A stretch of DNA of 64,000 nucleotides from Lama glama. Lineage: Eukaryota. The DNA is taken from assembly GCA_028534125.1 (NCBI GenBank), contig CM052828.1, forward strand, positions 2,170,001 through 2,234,000. Reading direction: 5' to 3'. The notes under the pieces are model-generated. The model had not been told where the DNA came from. It saw only the letters and a list, made by a program, of their open reading frames with translations, and did not search any database. This document shows positions 51,179 through 63,819 of this stretch, in pieces. Within the stretch, counting starts at the first letter, position 1; every line of letters begins with the position of its first letter. The translations under genes were made by a program, and so were the position numbers.

Positions 51179-53469
51179 GTGCATAGTAACACGAGCTGGA
51201 AGCAAACATGCCAGAGGAACGTGGTGGTTTCACAACGGTGGGGTTACGGCTAGGGAGCTTTTCTTTTTTGAAAATGCTTTTTTACAGTGTCTATAAAAAT
51301 ACTTCCGAATGTAATTATTTCAAAAAACCAGCTAGACTGTCGTCCACAGGATTACAGCGCCGTCTTATGGAGCCTCTACACGCCTCAGGGTCCAATTTGA
51401 TGACAGTAAAAGTATTTTTCAAAAAAGAAATGCAGATGTTTCCTTTTGAAGTCACAAACTTACGCCATTTCAGGAAACGGCGCTGAGTTTTCTTAGAGCC
51501 AAATTCCATAAATAATCTCCACCTTCCTCTTGTGTTTAACTCAGAAGTGACCAGTGGTGAAGTCTAGATAGCCCAGACCTCCCTCTGGAGGGGTGCACGT
51601 TTTTCCTTCTTAATTTTCTCACAAAGTGCGATACACTTATCCCAGTAATAAAACAGATCAGGAGATCGGAAAGGTGTCAAGTTGGGATCAACTCCAGTTT
51701 GCTCTCCGGCCGGAGAAGACCTAAGATAAAAGCAGACCTCCACCTGATTCCTTCCCGGGCTCTGAACACGCTGTGCTGGAAGTCAGCGATGGGAGGAGCT
51801 GAGCAGCATCTCTAAAGAAAATGGTCCTGGGAGACGGGCTCGAGGTTTGCACGAGGATTACAGTAGATGTTAGATTAATGTGCTATTTGTCAAAACAAAA
51901 ATCGACAAAGCCTGGGGCTGGCTCCTCAGTTTCTGGGGTCCAACCGCAGTTCACAGGCTCAGCGTTTAGCTCCTGTTCCTCCAGGACGCACCAGGGCTAG
52001 GCCCCCGGCCGTCTCGCATCTTTCCCTCCTTCCTGTCCTCTCCCCCGGACCACTGCCCTCCTGCCAGTTCCCCGCACCGCACCCGGACCAGCCACAACCA
52101 TAACTTGTGAGACACCAACCTAGGTGATAGCTAGCTGCTGTCTCCAGCTGCATCTTCCTACTTTATTTTCAGCACATCTCCAACAGTTGTTGAGTGGCTG
52201 AATACATACATACACACATTACACACATGAAATCCTGCGGGGGGGGCTGGGTATTAACCCTTCTCGATGCTTCAGGTGAGGTCTGCCAGTCTCTCCAGCG
52301 TCCCATCTCACCTTCCTCAGCAGTAACGGAAACTTTCTCTGGCCCGTGGCCGCCCACGACAGACTCACTCCCCAGCGCTCCCAGCAGCGCAGATGAGGCC
52401 CTGACACTAGACTGGAGCCAGGGACACGTGCAACTTTCGGACCGTGACCTAACAGGCAGGGTGTGCCCTCCCTGGTGAGTGAGTCTTCTCGGGCCCCACG
52501 AAGGCAGGCAGCACTCTGGGGACAGAGAAGTCCTGGTCCCCAGTGACGGCACAGCCCAGGTCTGCCCTTCCCCGTTCCTGACGTCAGAGAGAAACATACG
52601 GACTGTTAACTTGCCCAAGCCTGTTACTCGGGATCTCTTCCACGCAGGGAAGCCTGTGTCCTGCCTAACGCAGGGCTTCTGTGTCCAAGGCGTGGGGACT
52701 CCTCTGAAGGGAGGAAGGTCTGAGTCTGCGGCCACTTCGCCCAGCAGGCGGACTCACTGGTGTACACCCCCCTTGGTGCTGCGTTAACAGTCCGACCGCG
52801 GGCACCCCTTGGCCCCGGCCAGTCAGTGCCAACGCAGAGAGGACAGACTCGGTCCTTCTGCTGAATAAGGGGCTCGTGGGGGGAGCAAGGGGCCCTGGGG
52901 AGCCGCTGTGACCTCATAAACTGACAAACGGAGACGTCTGGGGACAAGGAGGCAAGCTGCGAATGGCTTTGGAATGACTGTTTTTCAGACGCAAATAAAA
53001 TAGGCTGTGACTCAGTTTACGTCTTCCTTCTGGGTCGTTTCTCCTGTGCGCCCCCCCCCCCCGTCTTCTCCGTGACTGCCGACTTTCTTGGTAAAAAGGT
53101 ACTCAGTGTCCCTCCTGTCCCTCCTGAGTGATTTCCTCCAAGGACACGATGTCCCTAATTCGCAGCCAAGGTTGACTTTCAGTTTCCGCTCTTCAAGATT
53201 CTTACTTCCCTAAATATGAAGATTAAAAAAGACCTGCCAGAACCCAGCTGAGCAATTTTTACTGGGTCTCCAAAGCTCAGCCTCTAGAGGCTGCGTGAAA
53301 TGCAAGGGATGTGTGCATCCTGGCATCCTTCCAGGATGTGGCGGTCCAAGAACCGAAATCTCTAAATTGCCTTCATTAAATACATTACCGTCCACGTGCT
53401 CCAGACTTTGCACAGACTACGTATTTCTTCTTCAACATACGTTGAAGACCTTGTTTTCAAACTACACCG

Positions 53470-53618
53470 AGCAGGTAGATCTCAGTGGCAGAGCATGTGC
53501 TTAGCAGGCACGAGGTTCTGGGTTCCACCACCAGTACCTCTGCTAACACAAGTAAATAAGTAAATTGACCTAGTCACTTCCCCACAACCAAAATAAAAAT
53601 TAAAAAGTAAAAAAGAAA
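53470..53618 (+). mobile_element. tRNA-Ala-derived SINE
   Basis: ctcagtggcagagcatgtgcttagcaggcacgaggttctgggttcc...agtacctc followed by the same tail as the other copies. Confidence 0.8.
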
Positions 53619-53994
53619 GGCACTGAGTAAGTTAGTATTGCCACAAACATAAAAATGTGCACATTCAAGTTGTGCCGAATAATCCACGAGCTTCTCTGGA
53701 AAGCTCTCCAGAAGGTCTGCTACGTTGACTCATTCGGTGGTTCCCTCCCTCTTTCCGGCCAGCTGGCAGAGTTCGGGCAGAAGAACTCCAACACCTGCTT
53801 TTGTCTCCTGGTAGCCTCTTCCCGAGGAACGAATTCTGGAACTGGCTTACCCCTTCCCCACCCAAAACTCTGCAGACATCTGCCTACTTTGCAAGTAATT
53901 AGGCAGGTTTCTCACACCCCACTAACATAAGAGCTGATTCAGGATTCTGAGGCCCTAAATCAAATTTAAAGAAATTGCTTCTCCATGCACTTAC

Positions 53995-54075
53995 CTGAAC
54001 CCCAGGGAGGCAGCCGGCACCCAAGTGCGACGCAAACCAGGAGCCAGGAACAAACCAAATGAAATCACGCCTTCC
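53995..54075 (-). other. C1QTNF9: Candidate non-coding first exon of C1QTNF9 (5' end uncertain)
   Basis: Perfect donor CAG|GTAAGT at 53995/53994, ~4 kb upstream of the first coding exon, which begins with an acceptor and so needs an upstream exon. Confidence 0.55.
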
Positions 54076-56234
54076 TGCCGTGCAATTCCCAAGTGGCTGT
54101 TTCTGCAGAACAGCAGGAAGGGGAGGGAACAAGGAAGGGACAAGACGTCTCGGAAGAACTTGAAACACTGAGGCAGCCCTCGAGCCAGGGAGCGGCTTCC
54201 AGCGGCGCCACTGGGTCCCGCACACCGAGCTCCCTCTTAGCGTCCTTTCTGATGGAGCGAGGGCCCGGCCGGCTTCCAGGGGCGTCTGGAGGGCGGCGGC
54301 CCCGCTGCAGGTGCCTTCCCTTAAAGTGCTGTGTGCCTTCGTTCCTCTCCGTGGCCCCCGAGCCAACCTTGGGCCACTTATGAGCCAACAGGACCCAACC
54401 GAAGACGATGCTGCCCGGCCTCGTGGGGATCCCGGACCCTCAGAACTGCCGTCGCTTAGCTGGACCTCTGCGGCTCCTTAGGGACAGCCTTCATGTACCT
54501 AAGAGAACACGCCTGTTCTCCTCCCAGACACACAAACACACACACACACACGCCCCGCACTAAGAAAAACACGGCGAAACTGTCTCCTCGGTCCCAGGTG
54601 ACCGCGCCTGCCCCTTCCCGTCAGGGCCCACAAAGGCTGGTATCTAACGTGCAGACAGCAGCGGGGGAACGGGGGCTCCAAGGGCTGAGCCAGGCCACAG
54701 AGGCCCCACGGGGGGTGGGTGCAGGGTAGGTACGCCACCCTCACTGTGCCTCAGTTTTCCCCTCTGGACAGCAGGCAAACCAACACCAGCGTCGCAGGCC
54801 ACCGGCAGGCCTCGCCTCCTGACCCCTAACCCCGCCCAGACACCCGGGTCGTCCTTTCTGAGGGGCGGGCATGTCGGCAGCCGGGGGCCCAGAGGAAGCT
54901 CTCCTCTCCCCTTCCTGTTCCTGTCCCCCCCCAGGCTGGGGTCCCGGGGCCTCCTCTCCCCCAGCTGCCCACCCTCGCTCAGCCCTCCCAGGGCGTAACC
55001 AGCTGCACGCAGAGGCCTCTCCCAGGCTGCATCCCAGCCCTGAGCTTCCCACTGGGTTTCACTCCCCCCGAACCCGGGGGGGACCAGGCAGCCACAAACC
55101 CACCCTCCACGCCATTCCTCCCTGCATCTGACACCGGCACCAGCACCCAGCACCCCGACGCAGAACGGGGTGGCCGCCATCTCCCCAAAACCCTGGTGGC
55201 ACAGGACCCGTGTCTTCACAGCTGCCTCGCCCCTTTCCCAGTCTCTTCACTGGATTCCGTCTCCCCAGGTGTCCCCCGGCCTCCGGCTTTAACTCTGCCC
55301 CTTCTCTGGCCCTGGAGTGAGCTCCCCACCTCTGGAGACTCAGCCTAGTGGAGCCCAGAGCCCTGGCCTGGCCCTTTCATCACTTGGGGGTCTCTGAGTC
55401 CCAGCGCACCTGGATCCCAGCAGCACACGTGGGGCTGTGCGGGGCTCGCCTGGGGGTCCTGCTGGGGCCCTGCCCCAGCTCACCAAGAAGTCCCTGTCCC
55501 TGAGTCCTTCCTAACTTGTCCACGCTCCCATGCTGCACACTGGCCTTTTAGTGACACTGTGTGCATGTCCCTCCTGAACACACGCAAGCATCTCCTGAGC
55601 CTGGTGGGCGGGCGTCTCCCTGGAAGCCCTCTGAGAAGTGTCCTGCCCCCCAGCCCACCCCTCCCTCTGTGGGGTGCCCTCCTCAGCTGCCCTTAGAGGG
55701 GTGTTGGGTTTCAGGGCTCCCACGGCCCCCTGGCCCCAAGCGAAGCCCCCTCTTTCAGTCCAGCCCTAGGAGGGGAGCCGAGGGATGTTCAGAGTCAACA
55801 AAAAGTACTAACAGCTGGCAGCCTTCTGGGAACCCTTTTCTGAGGACATCACAGCAACAATGGGCTATTTGCTTAACTTTCCTGAGCTGTTAATCAGCGG
55901 AGGAAACTCTTACCCCCTCCCCGCCCGCCCAGGCCAAGTGGGGACCTGAGCTCCAGGAAGGGGCCGCAGCCCCGAGGGCTCCCCCAGGGGCTGGGCAGCC
56001 ACTCCTCAGCCGGTGTGCGCTTCGCGGCCTCGTTCCAACGTCTGGGGGCTCCCTTCAGGTCCAGCGGCCTCTCCTTCCCTGAGCCTTCTCGCCCCCCACA
56101 CCCCTCCAGCGGTCTGAGCAGCTCATCAAGGGAGGACATGTTGCTGCAGAGACATCTATTCGTGCCCGGCGGGGGCTGAGCTGCTGGTCCCAGAAACCCT
56201 CCAGGCACCTCCTCCCCACTTAGTATATATGTTA

Positions 56235-56236
<2 letters not shown>

Positions 56237-56268
<32 letters not shown>
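56237..56268. repeat. (CA)16 microsatellite
   Basis: Read directly. Confidence 0.95.
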
Positions 56269-56270
<2 letters not shown>

Positions 56271-56284
56271 CACTCCTAGAGCCA

Positions 56285-59200
56285 GGCTGGCAAATTAACT
56301 TTAATGTACAGATACAAAATGACAAATATAGATTCACAGCATTTACAAGAGATCATTCAAATAACGTTGTAAATAATTTTTTTTTTTTTTACAAAAACTT
56401 CATTCGGAGAAAATACATGTCAGTTGCAGCGACCTTGTACCACACTCGCCAGCGGCCAACAGCATCTTCCTCAGCCTGGAAGCTGTTGCCCGACGGACAC
56501 AGACGACAGTGACTTGATGAGCTAGAACCGAAGGAAGAGGTGGCCAGAGCCTTGCAAAGCAGCCAAGTCATACACAACTGATGCTCGTATTTACACACAC
56601 AAAAAAAACAAACCAGAAAAACGTCGGTTAAAGCACAGAATCAGTTAAAAGTATTTTCTAAATACAAGTGTTAGGCACCTAAAAAACAAGAACAGTCATG
56701 TTACGTTTGTTCTAACTGAACCTGCATCAAGTATTTAAGTTTCTGGGTTTTTGCTTTGTTCTTTTTTCAAGATCAGACCGTTTCGACTTCTTATTTTCAG
56801 AATCCTGCGGGCGCCACCTTGGTTGCCCCCATCCCAAGAAAGCAGCACCGGCCAAGGGAAACTTTAACACGGAGGACCAGTTGCAGGGTCACCTGCACAC
56901 TGTGGGGACGACTGTTTGGGGACAGCTTGACCTTGTTGATCTGTGCCGAGCACCCCTGGCCTAGAAGCCACGTTAATCTGCCCTCGTTGGCACAGAGCTG
57001 GGGACACCTCTGCTTCTCCTCCTCTCAACAAGGAATCGCACCGCCATCCCCCCCAGCTCCAGGTGGCGGGGCTGCTGTGCTCTGCCAGGTCACTGGGGGA
57101 CCCACACCGGGAAACCAGCCCAGGCACAGAGCAGACCCCACTGAGGACACGCTGGGTCGTGGCTTTCACGAGGCATTCCTGTTGTGAGACGAACTGAGTG
57201 AAATGCACTTTGCTCTGTGTCTGGACAACAGAATGGGGGGCTGTGGGGGTTTTCTGAACAGGCATGGGGTTTAGTCTTTGTGGGGCGAATAAAAAGGCAC
57301 GAAGTAGTGTGGAAATGGGAGTGAAATGTTTCCAACTACAAAATCATACCCACCCGGGCGAAGAGCAGAGCTACTGAGCAAGCTCTGGAGATGCCGTCCC
57401 AGGAAGGGCTGGCAGACCGCCCTCTTCTTCCAGTTTGCAAAACAAAGACAAAGCACGCTACTCCTCCAAGACTTTACCGACAACCTTCTGTTTCATGACC
57501 GCTTACAATCTGCCACGAGGTGGTTACACAGTTTAGGCAAGAACCAAACTGAGAAGGCTGCTGGGACCTGAGGCCACCGCCATGGTCTTTCAACAGAGTT
57601 GGCAAGTCCGGGAACACGAATGAGAGAGTAAGTGAAATTCATCAGAAAGGTGATGCCACCTTTTTGGGGGGGGGTCCACCCGCATCGTGCAGTCGGGGGT
57701 TAAAAAGAGAAAAGGACAGAGAAGGCGAGCTCCCCAGTGAAACGCACATACAGTCTTTACGGGAGGCTCTTTGCTTTTTCTCCTTTTCTCTCCAAGTGAC
57801 TTAAACCAAGGAGGAAGTTTGGCAAACGTAAAACAGAGCCATCTATTCTGTAAAGAATTCAGGGATCTGGTAATAGACACAAGCACACAGATTTAAAGAA
57901 GTTAAAGGATGCTCTGTCCTTTGAAACGCATTTTATCAGTTTCCAAATCACCTGGAAATCCAAGCATGGCCCTTGCAGGACAGACATCTGATCAAGTGAC
58001 TGTCACGTTGTACAGAGTGGACGGGGCAGTGGGGACGCACACCTGCCCTGGCGTCCACGCTTCCTGCCCTTCTGTGGGGGAGCCCGGGAGGAGGGGGCGG
58101 GCCAGGGACGAGACCGGCTGCCGAAGGCATGTCCAGCCCCTCCTCCCTGGGCTCGGGCCTATGGCGGTGGGGGGCGGGGGAGACAGGGCCCTCTGGGAGC
58201 GCCTGTCCTTGAGCTGAATCCTCACTGGGAACGGATCAAAGGAACTGGTCTCTTTACGTCCTCCAACTAATTCTCTTCTATTAAAAACCAAGCAGCCCGA
58301 CTGCTCAAAACTGCCGCATGTTCCAACCACTCTAGCAGAGGCCCTACAGCTCTGCTGCGGGGCCCACGGAGAAGCCGACTAGGTGCAGTCCTCGAACACA
58401 GCGTCACGTCTCGTTGGCACAAGGGCAGCTGCAGAAAGGCAGCTAAGACGGAGAAGCCGCTCAAAGGCAGCACCCCCACCGACGCACAGATCCGCAGGCT
58501 TCCTCAGGAAGCAGCCTCCCCCCAGGGCGCCCAGAGCCAGCACCCACTTCCCGCAAAGCCATCTCCAAATGAGCACCTGGAGAAGGCGGGGCCGGGCCGC
58601 GGGTGGTAAGACTTCCTGACAACTCCTGCCTGATGCTCTAAGGCCCGCCATGGGGCCCCGGGACACACCTCTGGGGAACAGCTCGGGGCGGGGGTGGGGG
58701 GCCCACACCTGGAGGCTCAGGTTCCGCCCCGGCTAGGCCAGCACAGGTGTGTCTCTTCTTAAGCACGGGCCCGTTGGCAAACGGCACGTCCAGGGGCAGC
58801 AACAGCACAGAGACCCTCAAGCCGGAAAACACGGGGCGTGTGCCGCCCTCCCCGCCCTCCGGCGCTGCACCAGACAAGCGAGAGGCCTCTCCTGCAGAGC
58901 CCATGTGACCAGCCACAGCTGGAAGGTACTGTCCCCAGAACCACCAGCACAGATGACGGGAGGCTCCTGCCGCGGGGCTCGGCCCGAGCGGCCGTCCTTG
59001 GGAAAGGCTGCTGTCGCCGGGCCTGGGTTTGTTGTCGGGTCTCCTTTGTACAGAGCAGGTCCTCAGGAACCCGCTGGCACTGGTCATGCACGGCCGGCGC
59101 TGCTGGCGGGGCTTGTGCCGCAAAGCCAGCCTCCAGTGCGGAGGACGTGGGCCCCCAGCATCGTGCTCTCCCGTCACTGTCCCTGATGGGCGAGGGTGCT

Positions 59201-60041
59201 CTTTGCGAATGCCCTGCACCTGGCACACCTGCGCCTTCACTTCAGCCCAAGACTGAAGGAAATGGGTATTTCTACTGTGAATGGGCCTGTGTGAACAGTC
59301 TCTCAGGTCTCTGCTTACGGACTCACACACGGCACGCGGGCGGGGAGCGCCGGCCAGAAGGGCCAAGTCCCGCGGCAGCGGGTTTCCCTCCGTGCCTCGA
59401 GGGCAGCGGTGTCTCTGGAACTCGTGTGTCGCCGCACACTGCAGACCTGGGCCACGTGACGGACCCCCCCCCATCCCCTGCGGCCAGTACGGGAGGGCCT
59501 CGCAGGAGGAGGCAGGCACCGTCACTCGGCAACTGCGTGGATTCGGGAGACACCGGGGAACCCCGGGGGCACCTGCAGGGCTGCAGTAACCCCTGCCCCA
59601 ACACCCCAGGAGAGGGGCCAGGCAGCGGGAGGGGCTACCCCGCCGCCCCCATCCCCTTCGAGATCACATGCAAAGTGAGCCTAACCCGTCGTCCTCGGGA
59701 ACCCAAGAACACTCAGCCCCACCCTGAGCCTGGACCGCGGCGCGCTCATCACCAGCGATCCTCCTGGGGCCACCATCCAGCGTCGCTTCAGAGCTCGGCC
59801 CTGGTCCAGGCCTCAGCACCTTGGCGGGGGTCACACGGGGTTCAGCGGGCATTAGAGTCGTGTGTCCTGAGCCCCCTTCCCTCCCGAGGACGCAGCCCGG
59901 TCTCTGAAGCCTGCAGGCAAGGCCAGGTCCTCCTCTTCATCACTGGCTCCCCGCAAGAGCTCTTCAGCCCAGGCCCGGCCGGTTCCTGGCTCTCGCCCAG
60001 AAGAGGCGCGCAGGGCTCCCCTCTCCCCGGCTCTCCCGCCG
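56285..60041 (-). other. SPATA13: SPATA13 3' UTR (approximate end)
   Basis: Follows the stop codon; AU-rich distal block at ~56300-56750 ending in ATTAAA. Confidence 0.6.
56300..56305 (-). terminator. Probable SPATA13 poly(A) signal ATTAAA
   Basis: tttaat on the + strand; UGUA elements upstream and a (TG)16 run downstream on the transcript strand. Confidence 0.6.
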
Positions 60042-60217
60042 TCACTTCCTGAACGGGGCCAGCTTACTGAAGGTGTGCCAGAAGGGCGACGGTTTCCTCC
60101 TGGGCTCCGCCAGGGCGAAGACCTGCGGCTGGGGGGCGCTGGGGGGCACGGTGATGTGGCGCTGGTGGACCGGCCGGGAGGTCTGGTGCGGCGGGGCCGC
60201 CGGGCACCCCCCGTAGC
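60042..60217 (-). CDS. SPATA13: SPATA13 last coding exon (176 nt including TGA)
   Basis: agtcag|(G)[11 protein letters not shown]...[27 protein letters not shown], the ASEF-family C-terminus. Confidence 0.94.
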
Positions 60218-61334
60218 CTGACTCGGGAGGGGAGGGGGACACAGACTGAGCACCATGTGTCAGCCCAAAGGGGAAAGCAAAGCACCAGACCCCACAGCCG
60301 CATCTCAAAAGGACGCCCGACAGCCACGCGAGCAAATGCTCGTACTCAGACCGTGCGTGGGGCCGGGGGCCCGGGCGGTCTCACTGAGTCCTCGCTTAAA
60401 ACCCTGCCGGGGAGAGTACCATTCCTGCAGAAAGCTGAAGCCAGGGTCACGGCGTAGCTTTTACTGCGGCAGAATCAGAACTGGGAGACGCACAAAATAA
60501 ATAACTAAAGGGGGGTTTTCTGCCTCGAAGACATTTGTAACTCAGTGGGAGGGACGCTGTGGGGGATGGACGCTCAGTGCAGTTTTGGCCATAAATTCCT
60601 CTCAGCCCATCCATCCTGGGCTTCACTGAGCCTTGCTTTTGCATTTTCAGGTTGGATAATACGGAATGGGGTACATTTCACATGAATGAAGTTTTGAAGA
60701 ACATAACACACGTTTGTGGAACAAACAGCCTTACTGTTTCACCTCGTACAGTGTTAGGTACGCAGGGAAGGCCTCTGCATGGCAGACGCAGGGGTCTGTG
60801 CCCCCTACCCCCGGCGTTTTGTGGCAGCTGCCCGGGTAGTTCCCAGGGGCGCGCGTGCGGGGCAGAGAATCCGGGCTCTCAGCAAGCTGGACAATCTTCT
60901 GTTGTAACTCACCGCTCGGGGCACTGAACTCGTTCACCTTCCTTCCTGACCTAAACTAGCCCGTCCCTTCGGCTGACAAGCAGTTCTAGGGGTGGAGACT
61001 TCCTCCCCACAGGCCTGCGGAGAACCCCCCTCCCCTGGGCAGGGTGGGGCTCAGGGGCTGAGCAAGGAGGTCTGGAAGTTCCGTGGCCCCAACTCAGACA
61101 CACTTCACATTTTACAGACACATCTTCAGACGTTAGCAAACACTGAGGCACAGTCACAGCCAAATGCGGATTATTGCAAACTGTCCGTTATTTTGATTCA
61201 TCATCTTGAGTGTTACCTGTATTTCTCTCCTTCATTTAGAGTCGTTCACACACAACGATTTGGGGCATTTCTTGCGATTTTACTTGCGATATGGACACAC
61301 CCACTAAAGAGATGAAGCCTTCTCCAAAACTTAC

Positions 61335-61409
61335 CTTTTGACTTCCCGTGTCCTGCCTTTTGAGCATTTAACATGGCCAGTTTCTTTTGATTTTCCGGAA
61401 TTTCCATTC
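61335..61409 (-). CDS. SPATA13: SPATA13 penultimate exon (75 nt)
   Basis: atccag|(G)MEIPENQKKLAMLNAQKAGHGKSK(G)|gtaagt; found by reading. Confidence 0.94.
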
Positions 61410-62885
61410 CTGGATTTAGAAACAAATGCGAGATGTACTCAAAACAAGTGAAAACATTTCAGTATAAAACTTGCACGGTAACCACGTGAACCCTGAGGCC
61501 TTCTCAGTAACCCCAGGCAAACAGCCTTAATCCCTACGGAAGTGTGGAGGTTGGAGAGAGCAGAAAAGGGGAAGGACCACCACCGGGACGGCCGCATCAC
61601 TGCTCCCCCGAGTGGGACACGCAGGGAAGGGAATGGGTGCTGGTGACCAGGCGCACAGACCACCTGTGTGAACCCGGGGGACGAGCACACGGGTCACCCT
61701 ATTTATCACCCCCCAGGAGGGCGCCGGGGAGAGGACTGACTCCGGGACCCAGGGTCTGCTCACTTCCTGGCCATGAAAGCTGAGCAGGTTTTGCTTCTAC
61801 CCTGAGTAAAGGAAATCTCCGACTACCGGGTCTGGCTTTTTTGCCCTGACTGCAGATGGCGCAAGGAGAGGGCAGCGGACAGAGACGGGCGGGCGAGGTG
61901 GCCCAGCGGGTCCCGGGCAGGCCTCCACCTGATTCAAGCAGACCTAGGCTCTGCCTGCGGGCCATGAGGCCAGGGGTCACGGCCAGGGCTCCCCGCCACC
62001 TTCACAGGTCTGCGCCCTGGGCCTTGGGCCCTCAGCACCCCGGACACCTGTCCTGACGGGTCCCGGTGTCCCCTCCAGCCCCCAGCCCTTGGCGTCTACC
62101 GCTCCCAGGCCCACGCTGGCCTTCCCTCGCTCCCACTGCGTACACCCACGTGGCTCCAGGACATACCCGCCCGGGATGCCTCGGGCACACGTGACAGGCC
62201 AGGCAAGGGTCCTGTGGCCTCTCTGACTCTACACTCCCCCATCCACCCATTCACCCGTTCGCTCATTCACTCATCCCAGTCTCCCAGCACCAGCTCCAGG
62301 GAAGCCCTGCGCTGCAAAGACGTGTGAAATCAGGCTCCCCGCTTTTCTGTCCAGGAGCAGAGCTGAGAAGTGTCCAGAGCGCTCCGTGGACCGCTTGGCT
62401 CCTTCTGCCTGACCTGACCCCGCGAAGCCTCCCTTGGTGAGAGCTGTCCCCGTGGTGGTGTCGCGTGTGACACAGGGAGGGCCGGGGGAGCCCCTCCGGG
62501 TTTCCATTTGAGTTTTCCTCACAGCAGGAGTGCGCATCCCACAGCAGGTAACCTCTGTGGACGCTGAGGACGCTGCCCATCACCCTGCCCGTCCCCGAGG
62601 GCCCACGGTCCCTGACCTCTGCTCCCGTCTGTGCTCAGATCCCTGCTGTGCCCGGGAGCCTCTGGACCTTGGGCTTGGAGACCAGGGGTGCTGCCACCGG
62701 CTTAAATACCAGGCTTCTGTCTCATGGGCCCATCAACACCCCGAAGCTGAAGACGGGAGGGAGTCTGAGCGAGAGGCAGCACTGCCCTCACTGCCATGCG
62801 GGACGCCCGGCCCTGAGCCTCGTGGATGAGAGAAGGCACAACATGCGGTGGCTGCTGGGCCTGAATGGGGGCAGCAGGAGGCTGA

Positions 62886-63046
62886 GGGCAAGGGCAGAGC
62901 TCAGTGGCAGAGCACGTGCTTAGCATGCACGAGGTCGTGGGTTCAAGTGCCTCCGGTAAAATAACTAAGTCAATAAAGCTAATTACCTCCTCCCCCTCCA
63001 AAAAGGCAAAAAAAAAACAAACAAACCCAAAACCCAACAAACAAAT
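62886..63046 (+). mobile_element. tRNA-Ala-derived SINE
   Basis: agctcagtggcagagcacgtgcttagcatgcacgaggtcgtgggttcaa...aattacctc followed by an A-rich tail. Confidence 0.8.
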
Positions 63047-63446
63047 TGTGTAAACACACAGCTGGAGAGGAAACCTCAGGACTGTCTGGGGCTTCTCATG
63101 GCCTGGGAGGAGGAGTGAGGGGGTCACGGCGAGCTGGTTTTAAAGGCTACCTGGCTGTGTTACAAAAGTGGGTGGGTTCCTTAAGCCTCAGTCCCCTCAT
63201 CTGCAAAATGCGTATAACAGTGGTCTCTGCATCACCGGGGCCACATGGGACAGTCGGTGTAATTCCACATGTGGCGGGGCCCGGGACTGACTAAACACGG
63301 ACAAACTCTGCCGTGGTGACTTCGCCTCTCACGTCTGCCTTGTAAGCAAGTGCAGAAACGGTCAGACCTGTCAGTCTCTTTCCATCTCCCGGCGGGGACA
63401 GAGGGGGCAGGGGGTGAACCGCGGGAAGGGCCGGGGCAGGGCTCAC

Positions 63447-63819
63447 CCAGCTCCCGGTCCTCCTGCACCCGCCTGCGCTCGTCCCTGCAGGCCTGCAGCC
63501 ACCGCGCCTTGTCCTCGGGCTTCCGGGCGCAGAACAGGTGCGCCTCGTCGCCGGTGCGGCTGACCAGCTTGAAGGCGTTGCGGACGCTGAGGCTGCAAGC
63601 GCCCAGGCGGCCGTCCTCCACGTCCACAAGCTCCACGGCGTCCATGTCCGTGCGGCCCCGGTAGTAGAGCACGTCCCTCCGCAGCCGGTCCTTCTTGCAG
63701 GCCACCAGCTGGTGGTCGAACAGGAAGAACGTGCGCTGTTGGCTCCGGCCCTGCCTGCTGATGCTGGTCAGCTCCCCCGAGTGGATCAGCTCGGAACTCT
63801 GCTCCAGGATGTCCGGCCC
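63447..63819 (-). CDS. SPATA13: SPATA13 (ASEF2, Rac/Cdc42 GEF) PH-domain exon (373 nt)
   Basis: ttccag|[18 protein letters not shown]...[17 protein letters not shown]...NAFKLVS...[10 protein letters not shown]...REL(G)|gtgagc. Confidence 0.95.

Noticed and set aside
58838-60052. 404-aa + strand ORF and overlapping 295-aa - strand ORF (58638-59525)
   Set aside because: Inside the GC-rich SPATA13 3' UTR; non-ATG starts, low-complexity Pro/Gly/Arg/Ser content and no recognisable domain; long open frames are expected at this GC level
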